Assembly (NCBI GenBank): GCA_016793645.1
Contig: JAEUHD010000202.1
Span: 12,174 to 76,173 of the forward strand
Direction: 5' to 3'
Length of the DNA: 64,000 nt
From: Verrucomicrobiales bacterium
Lineage (GTDB): Bacteria > Verrucomicrobiota > Verrucomicrobiia > Limisphaerales > UBA9464
The notes beneath the pieces were generated by a model. The model was not told where the DNA came from. It was given only the letters and a program-made list of their open reading frames with translations, and made no database searches. The translations under genes were made by a program, and so were the position numbers. Shown here piece by piece: positions 51,002-60,140 of this stretch (within the stretch, counting starts at the first letter, position 1; every line of letters begins with the position of its first letter).

Positions 51002-52171
51002 CTAACGGTCCACTTCGCCGAGGACGATGTCGACACTTCCGAGGATCACCACGGCATCCGCCACCGAGCGGCCGAGGCAAAGGTCCTCCAGGATGGTCAG
51101 GTTGATGAAGCTGGGCGGACGGATCCGGTATCGCCACGGATTCGGGCCGCCATCGCTGATGAGGTAGAATCCCAGCTCGCCCTTGGGGGATTCGATCCGG
51201 CCGTAGGATTCCCCGGGTTTCGGCCGGAATCCGCGCAGCTTTGCCTTGGGATCGATCACCGGGCCTGCGGGGATGCGTTGCAGTGCGGCGCCCAGGATCC
51301 GGAGCGATTCCCGCATTTCCAAGGCCCGGATCATGTAGCGATCAAAGACGTCCCCGTGATCCCCCAGCGGCACCCGGAACTCGAACTGGTCGTAGATTCC
51401 GTACCGGTCGACCTTGCGGATGTCGTACGCCACGCCGCTGGCCCGGGCCATGGGACCCGAGATGCCCGCGTTGATCGCCAGTTCCCTGGGGAGGATCCCG
51501 ATGCCCTGGGTGCGCCCCAGGAGGATTTCGTTGGAGGAGAGGAGGGCCTCGAACTCGTCCAGAAACGCGCCGAACCCGGTCACGACGGATCGTGCCTGTT
51601 CCAGCCAGCCCGGAGGAGTGTCGCAACGACATCCGCCAAACCGCATGTAGTTGCACATCATCCGGGCCCCCGTCAGGGACTCGAACAGATCCAAAATCCT
51701 TTCGCGCTCCCGGAAGGCGTACATCAGGGGAGTTCCCAGGGCGCCCATGTCCTGGAGCAGGAATCCGCAAACGGCGGCGTGGTTCTGGAGGCGGGTGAGT
51801 TCCGCGGTGATCACGCGGAGGTACTCGGCGCGTTCGGGAACCTGAAGTCCGGCGAGTCGCTCGACGGTCAGGGCGTAGGCCCAGTTGCTGGTCAGCGAAC
51901 AGAAGTAGTCGAGACGGTCCGTGTACGGCATCGAACCGAGGTAGCTGGTGTTTTCAGCGATCTTCTCGTGGTTTCGGTGCAGGTATCCGAAGACCGGCTT
52001 CAGCTTCACCACGGTTTCGCCGTCAAGCACCACGTCCATCCGGAAGACCCCGTGGGTCGAGGGATGCTGGGGGCCGAGGGAAACTTCCAAAAGGCTCCCA
52101 TCGTGAACCGGATCGGCCGCGTCCGGGGACGGCCGGACTTCAAAGGTGCGCGGGGCCGCGGCCGGATTCAT
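51002..52171 (-). CDS. nuoD: NADH-quinone oxidoreductase subunit D
   Basis: 389-aa ORF with [21 protein letters not shown]...[12 protein letters not shown]...PYTDRLDY...[11 protein letters not shown]...IVLGEVDR. Confidence 0.94.
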   Translation of the reverse strand: MNPAAAPRTFEVRPSPDAADPVHDGSLLEVSLGPQHPSTHGVFRMDVVLDGETVVKLKPVFGYLHRNHEKIAENTSYLGSMPYTDRLDYFCSLTSNWAYALTVERLAGLQVPERAEYLRVITAELTRLQNHAAVCGFLLQDMGALGTPLMYAFRERERILDLFESLTGARMMCNYMRFGGCRCDTPPGWLEQARSVVTGFGAFLDEFEALLSSNEILLGRTQGIGILPRELAINAGISGPMARASGVAYDIRKVDRYGIYDQFEFRVPLGDHGDVFDRYMIRALEMRESLRILGAALQRIPAGPVIDPKAKLRGFRPKPGESYGRIESPKGELGFYLISDGGPNPWRYRIRPPSFINLTILEDLCLGRSVADAVVILGSVDIVLGEVDR

Positions 52172-52866
52172 CGGGGCGCCTCCTGGCTGGCACGGTGTCG
52201 CTGGGCGCGTTCAAGGACTTCGTCGTGCGGAGTGGGTTCGTACTCGTAGTCGTCGGGAGGAACGTAGTCCCTCCGCATCGGATGATCCCGGAAGCCTTCC
52301 CACAAAAGGATTCTTCGCAGGTCGGGATGATCCGAAAACCGGACGCCGAACAGGTCGTACACCTCCCGCTCCTGAAATTCACAGCTCCTCCACACCGGGG
52401 TCAGCGAGGCGACCTCCACGTCCGTGGTGCGGTTGGAGGTTCGCTGCCGCAGGATGACCGGTCCGCCCCCGAGGGCGACGGAGTACAGGTGATAAACAAC
52501 CTCAAGATACCCCGGGCGGTGCTGGACCTCGGTCACCTCCTTCTCGATCCCGTCCACCGTCCTTCGGACCATCACCTTCTCGTCCCGATCCGGCCAATCC
52601 ACGCCGGTGACATTGGAACAGAAGTCGAGCCGGAGATCCGGCGTGTCGCGCAGCCACCGGGCCACCGCGCGCGCATCGGAAGGGGGCACTGCCAGGGAGC
52701 CTTGGGACGGGACGGCGGCATTGGACACCAGCGCGATCCGGGTGCCGGGGAGCTCCCGAAGGAGTCGGGTCTTGAGCGCTTCCAATTGCTCCACAGCCCC
52801 GTTGTAGTGGGACTGCTCCGATGAGAAAAGGCTTTCCCGCACGAAGTTGCGGATTCCCGAAACCAC
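52168..52866 (-). CDS. nuoC: NADH-quinone oxidoreductase subunit C
   Basis: 232-aa ORF with LEVVYHLYS...[30 protein letters not shown], the NuoC signature. GTG start taken from the track; the N-terminus is uncertain. Overlaps nuoD by 4 nt. Confidence 0.85.
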   Translation of the reverse strand: MVSGIRNFVRESLFSSEQSHYNGAVEQLEALKTRLLRELPGTRIALVSNAAVPSQGSLAVPPSDARAVARWLRDTPDLRLDFCSNVTGVDWPDRDEKVMVRRTVDGIEKEVTEVQHRPGYLEVVYHLYSVALGGGPVILRQRTSNRTTDVEVASLTPVWRSCEFQEREVYDLFGVRFSDHPDLRRILLWEGFRDHPMRRDYVPPDDYEYEPTPHDEVLERAQRHRASQEAPR

Positions 52867-52890
52867 CGGCCCTCCCGCATGCGGACCCGG

Positions 52891-54570
52891 TCAACGGGGA
52901 CGCGTTTGAAAGGGACGGAAGTTGTACCACCGCAGTTCCAGATCCCGGCTTGCGAGCCACCCCCAGACGCAGGCAAGCGTCCCTTGTGTGAGCCCGAATC
53001 CCAGTCCGAACCAGCAGGCGGCGGAACGATCCTCCGAAACACCCGGAAACGGCGGGCCGGAGGAGCACCAGGCGAGGGTGGCCAGGCCAATCAGGAAGGG
53101 GAGAATCCCCGCCGTCAGGAGACTCCAGATCATTCCCGCGAGCGGATGAAGGCGCCGGACGGCGTAGCGAATTCCGATGGCGGGGATCGCGGCGAGGGAG
53201 GTCGTGCCGGCGAGAAGGATCGCAAACATCAGCGGGTAGGACGGGTCCGTCCGCGGGGATTGCACCGCCAGCAACAGCAGATTGAGGGAGATGGCCGGGA
53301 TGAACAGGGACCAGGCTTCAACGACCCGGGCGGAGACCAGTCGCGCGGCCTCCAGGGGTGTCACGAGCAGGAGTTCCAGCGTTCCCTCCTCCATCTCCCG
53401 CCGCAGGCTTGCGGCTGCGGACATGGCCATGGGAATGGACAGGGCCAGAGGGATTGAACGGGGGATGATGGTCCATGCCTCGGAATCCGGGGACAGGACA
53501 AGAGTTCCCATCCAGAGTGAGGCGACCACGGCCACCCAGGCCCCTCGTGCCCAGTATCCCGGGCCGGCCTTCGCCCAGAGCCAGCGGGCCGGATTCCCTT
53601 GGAGCCATTTCAAACGCTGCTTCTCCCGGACCCGATCCAGCCAGGTGGCGGAGGTGCGGACGGATCCGGAGGACGGGCGTCGACGCTGTTCGTCGTGGGA
53701 TTTGGGGCGGAGGAGCGCCTCCACCCGCCATCCCGCAAACGCGATCGCCGCAGCGGACAGGGGCAAGGTGCCGATGACCCCCGCGAGGAGCATCCACATC
53801 AGGGTGGACTGCGTTGCGGGCGGCATGGAGGCGAGTCCATTGCCAAAACCTCCGAAAGGGACGCCGGAGCCGATGCTCAGGATGTCAATACTGACGGTCC
53901 ACACGCTGCCCTGCCAGCGGGCGGTCTGCATCAGGGAGGCCTTCGCCCCGGGAGACTGCAACAATGCGGATCCGGCCGTGACCGCCATCAACCCTCCGGC
54001 GGCCAGGGTCATCGCAAATGCCAGTCCGGCGGATTGCGTCCACTGACGGCATACGGACGTGGACACCAGGCCCGAGGCGAGGCCTGTCGCCAGGATGATC
54101 CACTCCACTCCCAGGGCAATCTCCAGATCCCGCGGCGCGACCCCGCCGGCCAGGACGGGAATGATCAATACCGGGACGCAGGCGAGCCAGAGGGGAATGA
54201 GGCGAAGGATCTGGGCTGCGGCTTTTCCCAGAACGATTTCGATGGGGCGCAGCGGGGTCAGTCCCAATAGGGGAAGGGTTCCCTCCCTTCGTTCCCTCGA
54301 GATGGTGTCCGCGGCGATCATGGGGGCGGCCAGGAGCAGAACGAGGGAGAGCACCGTGTGGAGAAGTGCGAAAACCCCGGCGCCCGGGTTGAGGGTTGAG
54401 CCCCGACCAAGGGTTGAGGCGACGTTGTCCCCGACCCCGTGCAGGAACAGGGTCAGCAGTGCGGCGGCGGCGATGGTTGTCCGAAGCCAGTAGGTTCCCC
54501 GGCGTCGCGCCGCCGCCCTCAATTCTCGAAGGAGTACGGCCGGGAGTAATTGGGGGGACCTGATGGCCAT
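52891..54570 (-). CDS. fused (internally duplicated) ABC-2 type transporter permease
   Basis: 559-aa polytopic ORF. The ABC-2/NosY-type motif occurs twice: ISRERREGTLPLLGLTPL in the first half and LRREMEEGTLELLLVTPL in the second. No ATPase gene is adjacent. Confidence 0.65.
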   Translation of the reverse strand: MAIRSPQLLPAVLLRELRAAARRRGTYWLRTTIAAAALLTLFLHGVGDNVASTLGRGSTLNPGAGVFALLHTVLSLVLLLAAPMIAADTISRERREGTLPLLGLTPLRPIEIVLGKAAAQILRLIPLWLACVPVLIIPVLAGGVAPRDLEIALGVEWIILATGLASGLVSTSVCRQWTQSAGLAFAMTLAAGGLMAVTAGSALLQSPGAKASLMQTARWQGSVWTVSIDILSIGSGVPFGGFGNGLASMPPATQSTLMWMLLAGVIGTLPLSAAAIAFAGWRVEALLRPKSHDEQRRRPSSGSVRTSATWLDRVREKQRLKWLQGNPARWLWAKAGPGYWARGAWVAVVASLWMGTLVLSPDSEAWTIIPRSIPLALSIPMAMSAAASLRREMEEGTLELLLVTPLEAARLVSARVVEAWSLFIPAISLNLLLLAVQSPRTDPSYPLMFAILLAGTTSLAAIPAIGIRYAVRRLHPLAGMIWSLLTAGILPFLIGLATLAWCSSGPPFPGVSEDRSAACWFGLGFGLTQGTLACVWGWLASRDLELRWYNFRPFQTRPR

Positions 54571-54765
54571 GCGGGTTCAGTTCTCAGTGGCGGACATGGC
54601 AGGGGGCAAGGGCGCAGGAAATCATCAGAAGCGATCCATGCCGGTGTCCGACTCGCAACCCCGCAAGGCTGCAACAAGTCCTCCGCGACATCGAGAAAGA
54701 CCAGGTTGAATTCGACGCCCGCCCGCACGGGCGACCGACTTTCCGGGTTCCCCCAGGGGTGCAAC

Positions 54766-54796
54766 GATCTTTTGAAAGATTTTTGAAAGATTTTTG
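54766..54796. repeat. AT-rich tandem repeat, 11-bp unit TTTGAAAGATT x2.4 (GATYTTTTG x3)
   Basis: Read directly: gatcttttgaaa gatttttgaaa gatttttg. Lies in the lowest-GC stretch of the window, between the ABC-2 permease start and the IS630-type ORF. Confidence 0.8.
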
Positions 54797-54947
54797 CTGC
54801 GCATCCACGTAACCTTCAGTAAAGGTTTTTCGTAGTCATTGTTTTGTAGTTCTTCAATGCCGGCGGCCTTGTGCGTGGGGTGGGAAACTCCGCACGTGGA
54901 GGTTGTTGGGGGAGAATGTGATCCGCCTAGAACCGACTAACCAATTT

Positions 54948-55460
54948 ATGCGTTTGGACCAGAAATTTATTTCAAAGGCTAAGTCTCCCCGCAGGGATTT
55001 CGGACAATTGGAGGCGCGGCGGCGTGAAGGAATGCGCCTGTTGGGTGAGGGGCATGCCCAGGCGGACATTGCCCGCATGCTGGGAGTTTCCGAGGTATCG
55101 GTTTCTCGGTGGAAACGAGCCTTCCAATGTCGGGGGAATGATGCCTGGCGCCGGGGTAGGCTGGGCAAGCCCCCCAAGGTGGAGGATCACCATTTGACGG
55201 TGATGCAGCAGTTCATTTCCGCTGGGGCTCGGGTTTACGGTTACCAGGATGATCGGTGGACCTATCCCCGGATCGCCTCGGTCCTCGAGGTCCTGACCGG
55301 CTTGAAGATTCATCCGGACCATTTGTGCCGGGTTTTTCATCGGGCTGGAATGACAACGGCCCGGAAGTTTTCCCCGGCGGGTGTTGTCGCCGGCAGCGGT
55401 TCCACGAAGGCGGCCGCAGTGGCGGCGAAGCGGGCCGTCCGTGACGTCGTCGTTCGCTGA
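54948..55460 (+). CDS. IS630-family transposase N-terminal HTH/winged-helix ORF without a DDE domain (probable IS remnant or domesticated HTH protein)
   Basis: Contains EARRREGMRLLGEGHAQADIARMLGVSEVSVSRWKRAF...GRLGKPPKV...WTYPRIASVLEVLTGLKIHPDHLCRVFHRAGMT, matching the HTH + wHTH layout of IS630/Tc1 transposase N-termini. The ORF stops before any DDE region, and only about 170 nt remain before the next gene. Early codons are AT-richer than the rest of the window. The track start is TTG 54903; ATG 54948 is preferred. Confidence 0.6.
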   Translation: MRLDQKFISKAKSPRRDFGQLEARRREGMRLLGEGHAQADIARMLGVSEVSVSRWKRAFQCRGNDAWRRGRLGKPPKVEDHHLTVMQQFISAGARVYGYQDDRWTYPRIASVLEVLTGLKIHPDHLCRVFHRAGMTTARKFSPAGVVAGSGSTKAAAVAAKRAVRDVVVR

Positions 55461-55628
55461 TTACGGCGTTCGGGTTCGCTGAATCAACGGGGGAAACCCT
55501 GAACGGCGCACTCGAAAGGTGTTCGCCGAGTGGATTCCGCGAGCTTTGGGCCTTGAATCGGCTGCCTGTGCCGGGCGATTTGAAGGGGGCGCTGTTTCGG
55601 AACGTCCGTTCCGGCCGCTGGAAGTGCC

Positions 55629-57635
55629 ATGGTACCCTTCGGAGTCCACTTCATTCGCCCCGCGCTTCGATGCGCGCTGGCCATCGGCATGTCCTGGGGA
55701 GGGTTGAGCCTTCAGGCCGGTGACGATCCATTCTGGGAGTCGCACGTGGCACCCTTGTTGAAGGAGCGCTGTGGGGAATGCCACAATCCCTTGAAGGCGA
55801 AGAGCCGACTGGATCTCAGCTCCCTTCAGACCGTTCTTCGGGGGGGGGATCGCGGAGCGGCGGTCCTACCCGGACGCGTGGAAGACAGCCTGCTGTTCCG
55901 GGTGCTTTCGGCCGGCGCGGATCCGCACATGCCCCCGAAGGGGCAGTTGTCGGAGGACCAAGTCGACGTCATTCGAACCTGGATTTCCCGGATACCCGCC
56001 ACCGCGGTTTCGTCCGCATCAACGTCGGCCCGGGCCGAGCCCTCCACAAAGGTTCCTCCCGCTTTCGCAGGATCGGTGGACTGGGTGCCTCCCACCCACC
56101 TGCCGGTGTCCCGTGTCGTGGACCGGTACCTCGAATTGGGTTGGAAGTCGCGGAAACTGACACCCGCATCGTTGGCTCCGGTTCCGACCCTGGTACGCCG
56201 CGTGTATCTCGATCTCGTGGGACGTGTCCCGACTGCGGAGGAACTCTCCCGATACCTTTCGGACCGCAGGCGGGACCGGTGGGAGTGGCTGGTGGATGAA
56301 CTGCTGGCGGGACCGGAATACTCCCGTCACATGGCCGAGGTCATGGATGTTGTCCTGATGGGGCGGAAGGGGCCGGATGCGGAGAAGCAGCGACGCGAAC
56401 GCCATTGGTTTGCCTATTTGGAGTCCTCGTTCCGCGAGAACCGGCCCTGGAATCGGGTCGTGGCGGAGATGATCCGGGGACGTCCGGAACCCGCGGATCG
56501 CGGCGCGGAATGGTATCTCTACGAACGAAGGAACAATCCCCAGGCCATGGCCGAGGCGCTGGCTCCCGTCGTCTTTGGGGTTCAGATCAAATGCGCCCAA
56601 TGCCACGACCACATGGTCGCGCGGGAAATCAAGCAGGCCCACTATTGGGGGTTGGTTGCGGCCTTCAATCGGACGCGCAACGTGGACACGCCGTCGGGTC
56701 CCGGCCTGTCGGAATCCGCGATCGGGGGCTTTGTCTCCTTCGCCAACCTGAAGAAGGAGTCGCAGCCCGCCGTACTGACGTTTTTCAACGGCAGGCGGGT
56801 GGATGAGCCGTGGCCCAGGGAGGGTGAGAAGGAGGTCGATTCCCCCGAGAAGTACTGGGTTCCTCCGCCGGAAGGAAAGGAGCCATGGAAGGAGCCGGCG
56901 CGCCCAAAATTTTCCCGACGCGATGCGTTGGCGGAGGCCGTCACCGAGGGGAATTCGCTCCTGTCCCGGGCCATGGTGAACCGGTTGTGGGCCCTGATGT
57001 TCGGGCGCGGTCTCGTTCACCCCGTGGATCTCATGGATTCGAAGCATCCTCCGAGTCATCCCGAACTTCTGGACTGGTTGTCCGGCGAATTCGCGCGCAG
57101 CGGCTATGATGTGCAGCGCCTGCTGAGGGAGATGGCGTTGACCCGGGCGTACCGGCTCGATTCGAGACCCCAAGGGGGGAAATCGGTTCCCTCGGACTCG
57201 TTTGCCACGGCGACGGAGAAGCCTCTCTCTGCGGAACAGCAGGTTGCATCCCTGGTCACGGTCCTGACCGGGCATCCGCCCCAATTCACCGTTCCGGTCA
57301 ACGCAACCCGGCGTCAGGCATGGATCAAACAATTCCCGGAACTTTTCGCCGCGGAGTATCAGCCCTCACTGCAGCAGTCCTTGTTCTTTGCGAATTCGGC
57401 GGTCGTGGATGAATTGCTGTCCGCGTCCGAAGGGAGTCTCACGGCGCGACTGGCGGCGATCCCGGATCCCCGGGCGCGGGCCCGCGAGGCGATCGTGTCC
57501 GTGTATGGGAGGGAGGCCGAACCGGAGGAGCTTCGGGAGACCGTCGCCTTTTTGTCGCGGCGTCCACCGGACACGGGCACGCGGGACCTGGTCTGGGCGC
57601 TGGTGACCAGTGCCGAATTTCAGTTCAACCATTGA
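55629..57635 (+). CDS. PSCyt1 / DUF1549 (PSCyt2) / DUF1553 (PSD1) domain protein
   Basis: 668-aa ORF with a signal peptide. Haem-type motif CGECHNP...PPKGQL (PSCyt1). Also LVRRVYLDLVGRVPTAEEL (DUF1549), CAQCHDH, and NRLWALMFGRGLVHPVDLM (DUF1553). Confidence 0.88.
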   Translation: MVPFGVHFIRPALRCALAIGMSWGGLSLQAGDDPFWESHVAPLLKERCGECHNPLKAKSRLDLSSLQTVLRGGDRGAAVLPGRVEDSLLFRVLSAGADPHMPPKGQLSEDQVDVIRTWISRIPATAVSSASTSARAEPSTKVPPAFAGSVDWVPPTHLPVSRVVDRYLELGWKSRKLTPASLAPVPTLVRRVYLDLVGRVPTAEELSRYLSDRRRDRWEWLVDELLAGPEYSRHMAEVMDVVLMGRKGPDAEKQRRERHWFAYLESSFRENRPWNRVVAEMIRGRPEPADRGAEWYLYERRNNPQAMAEALAPVVFGVQIKCAQCHDHMVAREIKQAHYWGLVAAFNRTRNVDTPSGPGLSESAIGGFVSFANLKKESQPAVLTFFNGRRVDEPWPREGEKEVDSPEKYWVPPPEGKEPWKEPARPKFSRRDALAEAVTEGNSLLSRAMVNRLWALMFGRGLVHPVDLMDSKHPPSHPELLDWLSGEFARSGYDVQRLLREMALTRAYRLDSRPQGGKSVPSDSFATATEKPLSAEQQVASLVTVLTGHPPQFTVPVNATRRQAWIKQFPELFAAEYQPSLQQSLFFANSAVVDELLSASEGSLTARLAAIPDPRARAREAIVSVYGREAEPEELRETVAFLSRRPPDTGTRDLVWALVTSAEFQFNH

Positions 57636-57653
57636 GGAAGGCACGGTTCCCGG

Positions 57654-58994
57654 ATGTTCCATCAATCCTCCAACGGTGGTGCTCACGGGGCTCTCTGTGG
57701 CCAGCCGGATCATCGCATCCACCGCCGCAAGTTCCTCACCGGACTCGGAGCCGCGGGCGCTGTTTCCGTGGGGAGTTGGGCGGGGCTCTTTTCCGTACCC
57801 GCCTTCGCCGAAGCGGCACGTCGGCGTGGAAAACACTGCATCCTGATGTGGCTGTGCGGTGCCCCGAGCCAGTTTGAGACCTGGGATCCCAAGCCCGGAC
57901 GGATTTCCGGCGGTCCCTTCGGGAGCATTCCGACGAGCATTCCCGGGGTTCATTTTGGGGAGTTGATGCCGAAGGTCGCCGGGATCGCGGACCGATTGGC
58001 GGTGGTTCGGTCGATGAAGACCAACCAAAGTGAGCACCTGCAGGGGATTGATCTGCTGAATCGCGGCGCGGCGCCACGGCCGCCGTTCATCCGCCCCACG
58101 CTGGGTGCGGTCCTTGCGCAGCAGTTGGGTCATCTCGACAGCCCGATTCCCAATTTCATCCTGTTGGATCCCTGTCCCGAGGGGAACGAGTTCAAGGAGT
58201 TCAAGGCGGGCAATTGGGCCGGCTGGCTGGGGGCCGAATACGGACCCGTACGGGTGGGGGGAGAGTATCGCCTGGAGAACGTGGACCGCTTGGCGGATGT
58301 GACGGCGGACGACCAGGAGGCGCGCAATGCGCTGCGCCGCTTCTTCACGCGGAAGTATCAGAATGAACGGAAGTCCGCAGCGGCGGCCTCGCAGAACGCC
58401 GTGTTTGAGCGGGTCAAGGGTCTGATGAGCTGCGCACACCTCTTTGACCTCAACCAACTGCCGGCCGGTGACCGGGAACGCTATGGGCCCGGTGCCTTCG
58501 GTCTTCATGTCCTCCAGGCGCGACACCTGGTGGAGAACGGGGCGCCCTTTGTGATGGTGGCCAATGGCATGCCGTGGGACAGCCATGTCTTCCACAACGA
58601 AATCTACCAGATGCTCGTTCCCGAACTGGACCGCATCATCTTCAACCTAATCACCGACCTGGAAGTGCGCGGGCTGTTGGAGGACACCCTGGTGGTGATG
58701 ATGGGGGAATTCGGACGCACGCCGTGGATGAACCAGGCGCGGGGTCGCGATCACTATCCGCAGGCGTGGTCCCTCGCCATGGCGGGATGCGGCATCCGCA
58801 GGGGCGTCGTGGTCGGGGCAACCGATGCGGACGGGGTCGACGTGGATGGCCCCGCCTTCCATGAGAAGAACCTCTTCGCGACCATCTTCTCCGCCCTGGG
58901 ACTGGATCCCTACGCCGACTACGACATTCCCGAGCTGCCCAATTTCCACCGGGTTGAGGACCGCGCGGAACCCATCCGGTCCATTCTCGCCTGA
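57654..58994 (+). CDS. DUF1501 domain protein (sulfatase-like fold, Tat signal)
   Basis: 446-aa ORF with HRRKFLTGLGAAGA (Tat-like), ILMWLCGAPSQFETWDPKPG and MGEFGRTPWMNQARGRDHYP. This is the classic partner of the preceding gene. Confidence 0.88.
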   Translation: MFHQSSNGGAHGALCGQPDHRIHRRKFLTGLGAAGAVSVGSWAGLFSVPAFAEAARRRGKHCILMWLCGAPSQFETWDPKPGRISGGPFGSIPTSIPGVHFGELMPKVAGIADRLAVVRSMKTNQSEHLQGIDLLNRGAAPRPPFIRPTLGAVLAQQLGHLDSPIPNFILLDPCPEGNEFKEFKAGNWAGWLGAEYGPVRVGGEYRLENVDRLADVTADDQEARNALRRFFTRKYQNERKSAAAASQNAVFERVKGLMSCAHLFDLNQLPAGDRERYGPGAFGLHVLQARHLVENGAPFVMVANGMPWDSHVFHNEIYQMLVPELDRIIFNLITDLEVRGLLEDTLVVMMGEFGRTPWMNQARGRDHYPQAWSLAMAGCGIRRGVVVGATDADGVDVDGPAFHEKNLFATIFSALGLDPYADYDIPELPNFHRVEDRAEPIRSILA

Positions 58995-58999
58995 CTCCC

Positions 59000-60085
59000 A
59001 TGCCCGAATCCGAACCCAAGCCGACGCCGGCCGTGCTGGAAAAGATCCGGGAGGTCGTACTGCCGTCCCCGGTGCTGGGGTTGGATGTCGACCCGGAGGG
59101 TCGGACGCTGTACGCGGGGGGACACGATGGCGCGCTGGTCCTCATTCCCGTGGAGCCCGGGACTCCGGAGCGGGTTTCCCGCCACACCAGTTATTGCAGC
59201 GGAGTGCGTCGGATTCCGGGGACTCCGTGGGTGGTGACCGGGGGCTACGACGGACGATTGTGTTGGACGGATGTGGACTCGCGTTCCCTCGTTCGGGAGG
59301 TGCGCGCCCATGAATTCTGGTCCTGGGACCTGGCGGTCTCCGGCGATGGGCGATGGATTGCCTCGGTGACCGGACGCTACGAGGCGGGCGGCTATCGCTA
59401 TGAACCGGCCCCCGGACGGGAACCGGGAGTCCGGGTGTTCGACGCGGCCACAGGCGCGCTGCATCGCAGTTGGGAACACGTTCCGCCGGTCCAGTCGGTG
59501 GCTATTTCCCCCGACGGACGATTCGTCGCCGCAGGAAACCTCATGGGTGAGGTGCGCGTGTGGGACCGAGAGGCGGATACGTTGGCGTCCTCATGGCGCG
59601 ATGACGGCCTGACCAGTTGGGGCGTCATCAAGAGCCATCATTTCCTCGGGGGAATTTTTTCGATGATGTTCAGTCCGGACGGGAAGGACCTCTACGTGTG
59701 CGGCATGGGGCCGATGGTGGATCCGATGGCGGGGAACGGCGTGCAGCGGTGGCAGCGATTTGACTGGAGATCCGGAAAGCGGCTGGACCAGACGCACGAC
59801 GGGGAAAGTGGGCAGGGACTGATGGAGGCGCTGGCCTTCCATCCGGACGGATCCCGATTCGCCATGGCGGGACGGCTGTTTCAGGGGACCTGGAATCTCG
59901 CGCTTTTTGACGTGGCGACCGGGAGGAATCTCCATGCCGTGGATGCCAAGCACCGGATCACCGGCCTCAAATTTTCCGCCGACGGTTCGCGGCTGTTCCT
60001 GTCCAAGGCGCGCGGTCAGGAGAAGCCGAAGGACGGCCGGTGGAAGGAAAGCGGCCTGGTGGAGATATACGCGGTCCGCGAATAG
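59000..60085 (+). CDS. WD40/beta-propeller repeat protein
   Basis: 361-aa ORF with repeated GHDG/SPDGR/GEVRVWD-type WD-like blades. There is a 5-nt gap after DUF1501. Confidence 0.7.
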   Translation: MPESEPKPTPAVLEKIREVVLPSPVLGLDVDPEGRTLYAGGHDGALVLIPVEPGTPERVSRHTSYCSGVRRIPGTPWVVTGGYDGRLCWTDVDSRSLVREVRAHEFWSWDLAVSGDGRWIASVTGRYEAGGYRYEPAPGREPGVRVFDAATGALHRSWEHVPPVQSVAISPDGRFVAAGNLMGEVRVWDREADTLASSWRDDGLTSWGVIKSHHFLGGIFSMMFSPDGKDLYVCGMGPMVDPMAGNGVQRWQRFDWRSGKRLDQTHDGESGQGLMEALAFHPDGSRFAMAGRLFQGTWNLALFDVATGRNLHAVDAKHRITGLKFSADGSRLFLSKARGQEKPKDGRWKESGLVEIYAVRE

Positions 60086-60140
60086 ATCCTTCGAGGGGTG
60101 ACCGCGCATTTCCCGGCCACCGCGGACTCCGGCGGGCGGT

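Noticed and set aside
49139-52249. 1,036-aa + strand ORF spanning the antisense of nuoJ(5')/nuoH/nuoI/nuoD/nuoC(3')
   Set aside because: It is striking because it stays open across several gene boundaries. However, the minus strand encodes unmistakable NuoH/I/D proteins, and the + translation is Arg/Gly/Asp/His-rich noise. Stop-codon depletion in the antisense frame of GC3-rich genes explains it.
54766-54796. Possible CRISPR or minisatellite
   Set aside because: It has only about 2.4-3 copies of an 11-bp unit with no spacers. It is far too short and too simple for a CRISPR array. It is kept as a simple tandem repeat.
55598-55613. 7-2-7 inverted repeat CGGAACG-TC-CGTTCCG, 16 nt upstream of the PSCyt gene
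   Set aside because: Several 7-bp inverted repeats are expected by chance in 64 kb. No second copy or known operator consensus was found. It is recorded only as a possible regulatory site.
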